Of a stretch of DNA of 50,836 nt, positions 36,399-44,845 are shown one piece after another (the stretch's first letter is position 1; each line of letters starts with the position of its first letter). The stretch lies in assembly GCA_964588985.1 (NCBI GenBank), contig CAZPQW010000020.1:1-50836 (forward strand), in the 5' to 3' direction. The notes beneath the pieces are model-generated. The model was not told the DNA's origin and searched no databases. It was given only the letters and a program-made list of their open reading frames with translations. Made by a program: the position numbers and the translations under genes. Source of the stretch: an uncultured Solirubrobacteraceae bacterium. GTDB taxonomy: Bacteria; Actinomycetota; Thermoleophilia; Solirubrobacterales; Solirubrobacteraceae.

Positions 36399-36421
36399 AG
36401 GGGATAGCCCTAGGGATAGAA
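36399..36421. repeat. Putative integrase arm-type sites
   Basis: AGGGGATAG-CCC-TAGGGATAGAA, matching 25716-25738. Confidence 0.7.
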
Positions 36422-36504
36422 AGGGATCGATTCGAGCGGATTCCAGCGGATCCATGCGGAACACGCCCCGCGCCGTCATCACCCCGCATCTGGCTCTAGA
36501 AAGC

Positions 36505-36533
36505 GGAAAAGCCCCGTTTCCGGGGCGTTTTCC
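36505..36533 (-). terminator. tRNA-Trp terminator hairpin (copy 2)
   Basis: GCCCCG-GAAA-CGGGGC-TTTT directly downstream of the tRNA. Confidence 0.75.
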
Positions 36534-36537
36534 TGAG

Positions 36538-36608
36538 CGGGGGACCGAGGAGTCGAACCTCGCGTTGCGGTTTTGGAGACCACCGTGTTACCGATACACC
36601 AGTCCCCC
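36538..36608 (-). tRNA. trnW: tRNA-Trp (CCA), integration target
   Basis: GGGGGAC/GTCCCCC acceptor stem, G discriminator, loop CTCCAAA, CGAGG-TTCGACT-CCTCG T-arm; TACAAT at 36620-36625 upstream. Confidence 0.93.
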
Positions 36609-36755
36609 GAGGAGGACGGATTGTAGGGACCTCCGACGCTCCGACTCCAGATGGGAGCTCGCCCCGGCCCAAGCCCCCATCAGATCTCGCCCAGAGTCCT
36701 CGCATTCGGGTTCAGATGAGCCGTACATCCGCCCGCCTAGAGCCCGCCAGAACAC

Positions 36756-36783
36756 TCAAGCAGCGCCCAGCCGATGCCGAAGA
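36756..36783 (+). promoter_or_regulatory. Putative sigma-28 (FliA/WhiG-like) promoter TCAAG-N15-GCCGAAGA
   Basis: Resembles TAAA-N15-GCCGATAA; directly upstream of the pilin-like genes. Confidence 0.5.
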
Positions 36784-36829
36784 GTAAATGGTCCCAGACC
36801 ATCTTGTAACAATGCTCACTTTCTTTGCC

Positions 36830-38227
36830 ATGACCACGCGCTGCGCGGAGCCCTCGCCTCCGTCCAGGGTCGGGCGCCTCACGAGACTCCCTAGCGGCAT
36901 CCCCAGGCCGCGCCTGGGGCGACTGGAGGCAAGCTCACAGGACGGCTTCCTGCTGATGGAAGTAATGATCAGTGCCCTGCTCGTCGCGCTGATCGTGATC
37001 GCCACGTTCGCTGGCTTCGACGTGGCCAACCGCTCCACCGCGGACGAGCGCGCACACGCCCAGGCCGATGCGCTCGCCCAGCAGGACGAGGACCGCCTGC
37101 GAGGCATGACCGCCGACCAGCTGTCGAACTTCAGCGAAACTCACACCGCCACATCCAACGGAACCGTCTTCACGATCACTTCCACCGCCAAGTTCATCTC
37201 CGATGCGACCGGCACCGAAAGCTGCTCGGCCGCAACCGCGAGCGCCGACTACATCCAGACCACATCCGAAGTCGGCTGGCCCGCGCTCAAAAGCCGCCCC
37301 AAGGTCGTCGAGACCGGCCTCGTCGCCCCACACGTCGGCGGGTCGCTGCTCGTGCAGGTGCTCAACGCCAGTGGCAAAGGCGTCCCCGGCATGACCGTCA
37401 CCGCGACAGGTCCCGCGCCTGCAGTGGGCGTCGAAACAGCGGTCACGGGAACGAGCGGCTGCGTCATCTTCGGCTCTGTCGAACCGGGCGAATACAAAGT
37501 CAACGCCAAAGAGACCGGCTACGTCGAAAAGGACGGGAACTCCGAAGTACCGGTTGCCCAGCAGGCCGCGTCCGTCGTCAATGGATCCACCACGAAGAAG
37601 CTCCTCGAATTCGACCAAGGCGGCGAACTCGCCGTCAAATTCGAAACCGCCGGCGCGAAAGCCAAAGGCGAAGCGTTCCTCGTCTTCAACACCAACATGA
37701 CCACGCCCTCCTACCGCGCCTTCGGCACCCTCGGCACCCAGGCCGAAACGATTAGCACTCCCAAGACGCTATTCCCCTTCAACATCTCGCCCTACAACTA
37801 CATCGTGTACGCCGGCAGCTGCCCTGCGGACAATCCTCAAACCACCAGCTCGATCAAACCGCCGGAAGCCCTCGTAACGGCTGGCGGAGCCGCCACAGTC
37901 ACCGTCACCCAGCCGCCCATCAAAGTCCTGGTCATGAGCGGCACAAAATCGAGCTCTCCAGGCAGCGCGATGGAAGCCTCCGGCACGCTCATCGACACCG
38001 GCTGTGAAAAAGAAGGCATCGAAGCAAAACGCACGATCAAAACGAACTCCAAAGGCGAACTTCCCAGCCCAGGTATGCCGTATGGCTCGTACTCCCTGTG
38101 CTTCACCGGCACGATCAGTGGCAAAAACAGGAAGTTCACCACCACCGTCAAAAACATCGAAACGGCGGGCGTTACGGTACCGACGATCTATCTCGGTGGC
38201 GGCGAAGAAAAAGCGGGCTGCCCATGA
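36830..38227 (+). CDS. Type IV pilin-like protein (PilV-like) with beta-sandwich extension
   Basis: Class III signal G|FLLMEVMISALLVALIVI with E5; start uncertain (36788/36812/36830). Confidence 0.85.
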   Translation: MTTRCAEPSPPSRVGRLTRLPSGIPRPRLGRLEASSQDGFLLMEVMISALLVALIVIATFAGFDVANRSTADERAHAQADALAQQDEDRLRGMTADQLSNFSETHTATSNGTVFTITSTAKFISDATGTESCSAATASADYIQTTSEVGWPALKSRPKVVETGLVAPHVGGSLLVQVLNASGKGVPGMTVTATGPAPAVGVETAVTGTSGCVIFGSVEPGEYKVNAKETGYVEKDGNSEVPVAQQAASVVNGSTTKKLLEFDQGGELAVKFETAGAKAKGEAFLVFNTNMTTPSYRAFGTLGTQAETISTPKTLFPFNISPYNYIVYAGSCPADNPQTTSSIKPPEALVTAGGAATVTVTQPPIKVLVMSGTKSSSPGSAMEASGTLIDTGCEKEGIEAKRTIKTNSKGELPSPGMPYGSYSLCFTGTISGKNRKFTTTVKNIETAGVTVPTIYLGGGEEKAGCP

Positions 38228-38985
38228 GCCCGGAGAACCAACCCACTCGTACCCGCGGCGTGCGAACCATGATACGTCGCACCGGCAGACGAATTGCTCG
38301 CGAGACGAGCGGCGTCACCCTGATCGAGATGCTGGTCGCGATCGTCACCGGCCTGATCGTCACCGGAGCTGCCTTCACGATCCTCGAATTCTCTCTCGCT
38401 CAAACTGCTCGAATCGCCGACCGGACCAGCGCGAATCAAAGGGGACGGATCGCGATGGAAAAGCTCCAGCTCGAGCTCCATTCGAGCTGTGTGACGATCC
38501 TCGTCAACCCGATTCGGCCGGAAAGCACCTCCACGAGCCTCATCTTCTACAGCAAGACGGCGCCGGCAGCTGAACCGTTCTTCACCTCCATGACGAAGCA
38601 CAAGGTCTATCTAGAAGGCAACACGCTCTACGACGCCCTCTACTACAGCATCAGCGGCACTGAATCAACTAAATGGAATTTTGTCGAACCACTCACACCC
38701 AACAAAATCAACACCCTCCTCACTGGAGTATCCGTTCCCAGCAGCGGCTCAATATTCGAATATTTCAAGTACACAGGCACAAGTCTCACCACCCTCATAC
38801 CATCACCGAAACTCACCGAACCCGAATCCAAGCTCGTCGCCAAGATCAACATACACCTGCTCGTATCGCCGGAATCCGGATCTACGAAGGGGCCTGCAGG
38901 TGACCGCCAGTTCGAAATTTCCAGCAGCGCCGTGCTGCGTCTGACACCAGCCACAGAAGTGGGGCAACAGGAACCATGCGAATAA
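38224..38985 (+). CDS. Type IV minor pilin (PilW-like)
   Basis: G|VTLIEMLVAIVTGLIV with E5; ATGA overlap. Confidence 0.87.
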   Translation: MSPENQPTRTRGVRTMIRRTGRRIARETSGVTLIEMLVAIVTGLIVTGAAFTILEFSLAQTARIADRTSANQRGRIAMEKLQLELHSSCVTILVNPIRPESTSTSLIFYSKTAPAAEPFFTSMTKHKVYLEGNTLYDALYYSISGTESTKWNFVEPLTPNKINTLLTGVSVPSSGSIFEYFKYTGTSLTTLIPSPKLTEPESKLVAKINIHLLVSPESGSTKGPAGDRQFEISSSAVLRLTPATEVGQQEPCE

Positions 38986-40574
38986 GATCGATCAAATCCT
39001 CGATCAGTGCACGCGATGAGAGCGGCTTCACCCTAATCGTCACACTCGGCGTGATGCTCGTTGCAAGCCTGCTGATGACTGCTGCGTTCGTCGCCTCGGA
39101 AAGCGACATCCAGCTGACCCACAACGATGTCAACGCGAAGAAGGCCTACTACGCTGCTCAGGCGGGCATCAGCAACTACGCCTACCATCTCAACGCCGAC
39201 TTCAACTACTGGACCTACTGCACCGGTGGCGCCGCGGCATCGAACAAATCGCTCAACCTCGAAGGCTCGACCGCCAACAAAGTGTCGGTCCCCGGAGCCA
39301 GTGAAGAGCAGTACGCGATCCAGTTGCTACCGGCGAGCACCGCTCCAGTGGCGGATAAAAAATGCGATCCGACGGCCCCGGTCGCTACGATGATCCAGCA
39401 GGGTGGCGTCAACGGCGGAACCTTCCGTATCGAGTCCACGGGCTACTCGGGAAAAGAAGAGCGCACGATCCTCGCCACGTTCGCGCACACGAGCTTTCTC
39501 AACTTCCTTTACTACACGAAGTACGAGACGCTTGACCCGGTCACCTACAGCCCGGTCAAACCGGAATGTGCGAAGTTCCTGAGAGAAAAACGCTCTGCTG
39601 AATGCTCGACCATCGAGTTCGTGAACGCCGACGTCCTCAAAGGCCCCGTCTATACCGAGGACACGGCCTCGATCTGCAGCACACCGACGTTCGGTCGCGG
39701 ACTGGAAGACAACATCGAATTCAAGGGTGGCTCGCAGTCCGGCGGCTCCGGCTGCACGAACTCGGCGAAATACCTGGGAACGCTCGTCCCGCCTGAAGAA
39801 GTCGTCGCGGTCGAACCTCCGCCCAGCAACACTTCGCTGAAGGCCATCGCCGGGACGAAGTACACGGGCAAGACCATCATCGTGCTCGAAGGCGAAACCA
39901 TGACGGTCACCAACAAAGGCAAAACCGAAAAACCAGTCGCCTTTCCCACCAACGGCGTGATCTACGTCTCCAACGAATCGTGCGCCAAAGCGTACACGCC
40001 CTACAACCCCAGCTACACCGAAGACAGTGGCTGCGGGAATGTGTACGTAAGCGGCAAATACACAAACTCCCTGACGATCGGTGCCGAAAACGACATCGTC
40101 ATCAACGGCAACCTCACCCCGCCCCTCGAAAAAGGCGAACCGACGACCAATGCCGTTCTCGGCCTGATTGCGAACAACTTCGTCCGCATCTACCACCCCG
40201 TCAGTCAGAGCAGCGTCAAAAACACGGCCACTGAATGCACGGCCGCGAACCTAAATGCGGCGGAAGACCCGAACAAATTGGGCGGCACTATGCTGAGCCC
40301 CGAAATCTACGCTGCGATCCTCGCCGTCAACCACTCCTTCATCGTCGACAACTTCCGCTGCGGCAAACCGCTGGAAAAACTTACCGTCTTCGGTGCGATC
40401 GCCCAGATCTTCCGTGGCACCGTCGGCACGCACAGTGGGGAAGCGGTGGCGAGCGGCTACTCGAAGAACTACGGCTACGACGACCGGCTGCAGGTTGAGT
40501 CCCCTCCCTACTTCCTGAACCCCGTGACCGCCGACTGGTCGAACCGCCGCGCCGTGCTCACGAAGAACCCGTAG
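38976..40574 (+). CDS. Type IV minor pilin (PilX-like) with large C-terminal domain
   Basis: G|FTLIVTLGVML lacking E5, KAYYAAQAG, FRIESTG: PilX-like signature. Confidence 0.85.
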   Translation: MRIRSIKSSISARDESGFTLIVTLGVMLVASLLMTAAFVASESDIQLTHNDVNAKKAYYAAQAGISNYAYHLNADFNYWTYCTGGAAASNKSLNLEGSTANKVSVPGASEEQYAIQLLPASTAPVADKKCDPTAPVATMIQQGGVNGGTFRIESTGYSGKEERTILATFAHTSFLNFLYYTKYETLDPVTYSPVKPECAKFLREKRSAECSTIEFVNADVLKGPVYTEDTASICSTPTFGRGLEDNIEFKGGSQSGGSGCTNSAKYLGTLVPPEEVVAVEPPPSNTSLKAIAGTKYTGKTIIVLEGETMTVTNKGKTEKPVAFPTNGVIYVSNESCAKAYTPYNPSYTEDSGCGNVYVSGKYTNSLTIGAENDIVINGNLTPPLEKGEPTTNAVLGLIANNFVRIYHPVSQSSVKNTATECTAANLNAAEDPNKLGGTMLSPEIYAAILAVNHSFIVDNFRCGKPLEKLTVFGAIAQIFRGTVGTHSGEAVASGYSKNYGYDDRLQVESPPYFLNPVTADWSNRRAVLTKNP

Positions 40575-40649
40575 CTCTCCACTCGGACTGCGCCTCCGGT
40601 ATGGAGCACCACTGTCGACGGGCTATCCTCGCGGATGGGAGCTTCCGCC

Positions 40650-41372
40650 ATGACGACTCACAGGCCGCCCAACCGTCAATCGTCGGCACTCGCTGCCGTG
40701 TCACTCCTGCTTGCGCTCTCTGCTGGCGGTCTCACCGGATGCGGCGAAGCGACCGTCTCCGGTAGGGCGCTGGCGAACACGAAGCCGACGACCAAACGCA
40801 CACCCTCGACAACGCGCACAAACGCCAAGCCCCGCAGCATCACCGCGCGCATAGACGCCTCCTCCGACAGAATCATCGCCGAAGGCAAGGTGCACATCGC
40901 GTCCGGCGCTCCATCCGACGCTGAAATCCGCCGTGAGATCAAGGCCGCCCGCGCAGCCGGGATCGCGCTCCCCTCAGGAGACTCGGCCGCATCGTTCGAA
41001 AACGCCCCGTCGAACTCGGGCGGCGCCGTGCAGATCGCGACACCCGAAGCGTCGTGGAACCCGCGCTCCAAGCCGATCGCCACGTGGATCGTCCCGGTCC
41101 TCGAATGGGCCCACGAACACGGCTGGGCCGGCACCGTGACCAGCGGCTACAGAACCTACTACGAACAGGTGCAGTTGAACGCCGCAGGCGCCTTCAGCGC
41201 TCCCGCCGGGCTGAGCAACCACGAGACAACCGTCTACCCCGGCGGCGCGGTGGACGTCACCGGCCCGGGCCAGCTGATCCAGGTGCTGCAGGCCTACCAC
41301 GGCCCGTTGAAGCTCGTCGGCGGGGTCCTCGGACCGGTCGATCCCGAGCACTTCTCCGCCACCGGCGACTGA
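40650..41372 (+). CDS. Lipoprotein with M15-like (Zn DD-peptidase/endolysin) domain
   Basis: Lipobox LTGC; VTSGYRT..EQ, SNH, GAVD, DPEH. Confidence 0.75.
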   Translation: MTTHRPPNRQSSALAAVSLLLALSAGGLTGCGEATVSGRALANTKPTTKRTPSTTRTNAKPRSITARIDASSDRIIAEGKVHIASGAPSDAEIRREIKAARAAGIALPSGDSAASFENAPSNSGGAVQIATPEASWNPRSKPIATWIVPVLEWAHEHGWAGTVTSGYRTYYEQVQLNAAGAFSAPAGLSNHETTVYPGGAVDVTGPGQLIQVLQAYHGPLKLVGGVLGPVDPEHFSATGD

Positions 41373-41378
41373 GTGACC

Positions 41379-41474
41379 GGGCACCGGCAGATCGAAGTCA
41401 CTGAGATGTACATGGCGTTCCCTGCCCGCCCCGCGGACGCCACACTCGTGTCGGACGAGTTTCGCGCGCCATAG
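41379..41474 (+). pseudogene. Relic of a tyrosine integrase 3' end
   Basis: Translates GHRQIEVTEMYMAFPARPADATLVSDEFRAP*; 22/31 identical (manual count) to the C-terminus of 48644-49861. Confidence 0.9.
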
Positions 41475-41614
41475 ACAAGGGTCACAATGGAGGGCAATAG
41501 TACGATGGCCCGCGCGTGACGCCAGCGATTTCACATTCCCGGGCGCTCGCGGCATCGGGGCCGAGCAAGCTGCAGACTCCGCCTTCCTCGCTCGATGCGC
41601 TGCCATCCTGACCA

Positions 41615-42127
41615 GTGGTAGCTCTGACCTATACCCCTATCTTCGCGCATTTTGGCCATTGGTACGTCTCGCTGCCGACCTTCATGGGGCCGGTGTTGAT
41701 CATCGCGATCGCCGTGAAGGTATCCGCGTGGCGCGATCGTCGTCGCGTCGGACGCGGCGAGGCCAGCCACACTCGCGTTGCCGCGATCCAAGAGGACGAC
41801 AAGGTGGTGGTCAGGGTCAAGGGCGCCCTCGACTACCCCGCTTTGCTCGACATCGAACAGGAGCTCGGCGTGGCCGTCGCGAGGGCCCCTCAGGTGCTGC
41901 TCGACCTGCGGGAGGTCTCCTCCCTCGAGCCGGAATCGGCGTGGAACGTTGCCGAGATCATCGCCGGGGTCGATCGCTCCGCGGAGGTCGTCGTCGTTGT
42001 GATCGGCGCCGGTCCGGCCGGGCAGACGTTGCGGAAGGTGTGCGAGCTTGAAGGGATCGAGTTCGTCGAGGAGGCGCCGGCTGGAGTCGGTGCGCCGGGG
42101 AAGCCGCCTGGCGGCCCCAGTCCATGA
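41615..42127 (+). CDS. Membrane-anchored STAS-domain protein
   Basis: N-terminal HFGHWY plus TM helix; VRVKGALD, VLLDLREVSSL STAS pattern. Confidence 0.72.
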   Translation: MVALTYTPIFAHFGHWYVSLPTFMGPVLIIAIAVKVSAWRDRRRVGRGEASHTRVAAIQEDDKVVVRVKGALDYPALLDIEQELGVAVARAPQVLLDLREVSSLEPESAWNVAEIIAGVDRSAEVVVVVIGAGPAGQTLRKVCELEGIEFVEEAPAGVGAPGKPPGGPSP

Positions 42128-42144
42128 CGTAGACTGGCGCGCGC

Positions 42145-43572
42145 ATGGTCGCCCCGCGTCGTCTGCTGCCTCCCGCGCTTGGCGGCCTTGTGATCTTGGC
42201 GATGCTGTTCCCGGAGGCCGCCTCGGCGCACGGGATCGTCGGCAGGGCCGGCCTGCCGATTCCGGTGTGGCTGTTCAGCTGGGCTGCCGCGATCGTGCTT
42301 GTCGTCTCGTTCGTCGCGCTGTCGACCCTTTGGCGCAGACCGCAGCTGCAAAAGCAGCGTCGGACCAGCGTGTTTCGTATGCCGGCGGTGCTCGCACGCC
42401 TCGCCAGCCTGTTTGGTGTGGGGGTCTTCGGGCTGGTGCTCTATAGCGGCTTCGCGGGGACGGAAGTCTCCATTGCGAACTTCAGCGTGACTTTCATCTA
42501 CGTGATCTTCTGGGTCGGGCTCCCCGTCGCGAGCGTGCTCTTCGGCGACATCTTCGCCGTGATGAACCCCTGGCTCTCGTGTGCGCGCGCGATCCGCTGG
42601 GCCGCCGGTCGGATCGCACCGCGGGGGAGCGCGCGGGTTCCTCTGCGCTACCCGGAGCGCCTGGGGATGTGGCCCGCTGTGGCGTGCCTGGTCGGGTTCG
42701 CGTGGCTGGAGCTCGTGTACGTCGACCGCGACCAGCCCTCGACGCTCGCGGCGCTGTCGCTGGCGTACTTCGTCGTGATGCTCGCCGGCATGGCGGCGTT
42801 CGGCGTCGAGGTTTGGGAGGAGCGCGCGGACGGGTTCGGCGTCTACTTCAGGCTCCTCTCGCGCATGTCGGGCCTGTGCAGCGACGAACAGGGCGTCGTG
42901 TACCGGCGGTTGCCGCTGAGCGGGCTGCCCGGCATGCCGGTGTATCGCGGGACGGTCGCTCTCGTCTGCACGGTGATCGGGACGACGACCTTCGACGGAT
43001 TCAGCAACGGCGGGCTGTGGCGGACCTCCGAGCCTCACCTGGAAAGCTTCTTCGAAAGCCTCTCCTTCAGCCAGACACCCTCGCAGGAGCTTGCCTATTC
43101 GTTCGGCCTGATCGCGTGTGTAGCGCTCGTGGCGGGGATCTACAGGCTGGGAATCGCGGGGGTCCGCAGTGTCAGCGCCCGCTATGACACGCCGTACCTC
43201 ACTCATGCGTTCGCCCACACGCTCGTGCCGATCGGCTTCGCCTATGTGGTCGCGCACTACTTCTCGCTGCTCATCTGGCAGGGCCAGGCGATCATCTATC
43301 TCGCCTCCGATCCGCTCGGCAGCGGCGCGAACGTGCTCGGCACGAGCTCCTACCAGATCAACTACACGTTCCTTTCCTTCGCAGCGATCTGGTACGTGCA
43401 GGTCGCCGCCCTCGTTGTGGGTCACGTGAGCGGACTCGCGCTTGCGCACGACCGCGCGCTTGCGATCTACCGAGACCCGCGCGAGGCAATTCGCTCGCAG
43501 TACTGGATGCTCACCGTGATGGTCGGGTTCACGAGCTTCGGGCTGTGGCTGCTCTCCGCGGTCGGCACATGA
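42145..43572 (+). CDS. Multi-pass membrane protein (family often annotated fenitrothion hydrolase-like), probably metal-related
   Basis: ASA|HG N-terminus, LPIPVWLF, NPW, FDG, YVVAHYFS, GHV..LAHDRA, SQYWML. Confidence 0.75.
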   Translation: MVAPRRLLPPALGGLVILAMLFPEAASAHGIVGRAGLPIPVWLFSWAAAIVLVVSFVALSTLWRRPQLQKQRRTSVFRMPAVLARLASLFGVGVFGLVLYSGFAGTEVSIANFSVTFIYVIFWVGLPVASVLFGDIFAVMNPWLSCARAIRWAAGRIAPRGSARVPLRYPERLGMWPAVACLVGFAWLELVYVDRDQPSTLAALSLAYFVVMLAGMAAFGVEVWEERADGFGVYFRLLSRMSGLCSDEQGVVYRRLPLSGLPGMPVYRGTVALVCTVIGTTTFDGFSNGGLWRTSEPHLESFFESLSFSQTPSQELAYSFGLIACVALVAGIYRLGIAGVRSVSARYDTPYLTHAFAHTLVPIGFAYVVAHYFSLLIWQGQAIIYLASDPLGSGANVLGTSSYQINYTFLSFAAIWYVQVAALVVGHVSGLALAHDRALAIYRDPREAIRSQYWMLTVMVGFTSFGLWLLSAVGT

Positions 43573-43967
43573 GGATGCTGGGGCCCTGGCCGATGAGGAG
43601 TAGGGTTAAGCTCGCCTTGTCGAGACGGATCAACTTCGGCGTCTGGAACTCGACGCGCCCACGTGCGGGTCTGACGATGGTCGTTGCACTCGTGGCGCTC
43701 GCTGGGGTCGTGGCACTGGCGGGGAGCGATCCCAATGCGCTGTGCCTGCTGCCGCTCCTCGTGCTCGCTTGGCCGCTGTTTCTCCGGCGCTATCCGGGTG
43801 AGCGCGTACTCGCCGGTCTTTCCGCCCGCCCGCGCTCGCGCTGGGCTCGGCCGCATGCGCTCCTCTCGCGGTTGGAGCGTGTGCTCATCGTGGCCCCGCA
43901 TGGAGGCCAGCTGATCGCTCGCTCGCTCGCCGTTCGCCCCCCGCCGGCCCTCCTCCCGGCGAGCTAG
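43569..43967 (+). CDS. Small membrane protein
   Basis: ATGA overlap; two hydrophobic segments, RYPGER, C-terminal SLAVRPPP. Confidence 0.55.
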   Translation: MRMLGPWPMRSRVKLALSRRINFGVWNSTRPRAGLTMVVALVALAGVVALAGSDPNALCLLPLLVLAWPLFLRRYPGERVLAGLSARPRSRWARPHALLSRLERVLIVAPHGGQLIARSLAVRPPPALLPAS

Positions 43968-44078
43968 AACCCGACGCCCAGAGGGGGTCGAGTTCTCGCC
44001 ATGAGCGAACGCCCGGCACGTGGTGACGCGCGCCCGCGCTCGGCGTCACGTCCCCCTTCGACCCTCAAGGAGCATCGA

Positions 44079-44840
44079 ATGTCACGCCGCTTGATCCCCT
44101 GCCTGACCGGTGCGCTGCTGCTGGCGCTCACCATACCCGCGCATGCGCCCGCGGCCACCGGGACAAGTCCGACCGCCGAGAGCAACAACCCGATCAACGA
44201 CCAGGGCAGCAGCTATCACTACCGCTCGACGATCACCGCGGTGCGGCCGAGCGTGCCCGGCTTGAGCCTGCAGGTGCTCGAGTTCGCAGATCGCCTGCAG
44301 CTGACGAATCACAGCGGGCAGACGGTCACCGTCTACGGCTACCAGGGTGAGCCATACGCACGGGTGCTCGCCGACGGGACCGTGCAACTGAACACCCGCT
44401 CGCCCGCCTATTACCTGAATCAGAACTTCTTCGCGAACGTCACGGTGCCGGCCTCCGCCTCGCCTTCCGCGCCGCCGCAATGGACAACGGTCGACCGCAC
44501 CGGACAACTCGAATGGCACGACCATCGCATCCACTGGATGTCCCCTTCGATCCCCCCGCAGGTGAAGGATCAGGGCAAGCGGACGAAGATCTTCGACTGG
44601 CAGGTGCCGATCCGGGTCGGAGCCAGCACCGGAGCCGTGAGCGGCGAACTGGTCTGGACACCCGAGAGCGGCACCAAGACCCCCGCGAGCGCCATCGCCG
44701 CGCTCGCGGCGATCATCGTTCTCGGCCTCCTGTTCGTACTGTTCGTGCGACGTCGCCGTGCCGCCGGCCCCCCCGGACCGCGTGCGGATGACGACGGCGT
44801 CGAGAGCCGGCCGGACAGCCAGCCCAAAGAGGCGTGGTAA
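44079..44840 (+). CDS. Secreted/membrane-anchored protein with His-rich WHDHRIHWM motif
   Basis: AAGGAG RBS; signal peptide; C-terminal TM helix followed by RRRR. Confidence 0.78.
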   Translation: MSRRLIPCLTGALLLALTIPAHAPAATGTSPTAESNNPINDQGSSYHYRSTITAVRPSVPGLSLQVLEFADRLQLTNHSGQTVTVYGYQGEPYARVLADGTVQLNTRSPAYYLNQNFFANVTVPASASPSAPPQWTTVDRTGQLEWHDHRIHWMSPSIPPQVKDQGKRTKIFDWQVPIRVGASTGAVSGELVWTPESGTKTPASAIAALAAIIVLGLLFVLFVRRRRAAGPPGPRADDDGVESRPDSQPKEAW

Positions 44841-44845
44841 CGGCC

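Larger units (their letters stand above)
25580..36581. mobile_element. Integrative element at tRNA-Trp (10,913 bp between repeat copies)
   Basis: 89-bp direct repeats 25580-25668 and 36493-36581 (1 mismatch) include the tRNA 3' half; internal tyrosine integrase; TAGGGATAG repeats near both ends. Confidence 0.9.

Noticed and set aside
25580-36581. Prophage or conjugative element
   Set aside because: No capsid, terminase, tail, relaxase, FtsK/TraB or T4SS genes visible; it is a minimal integrative element
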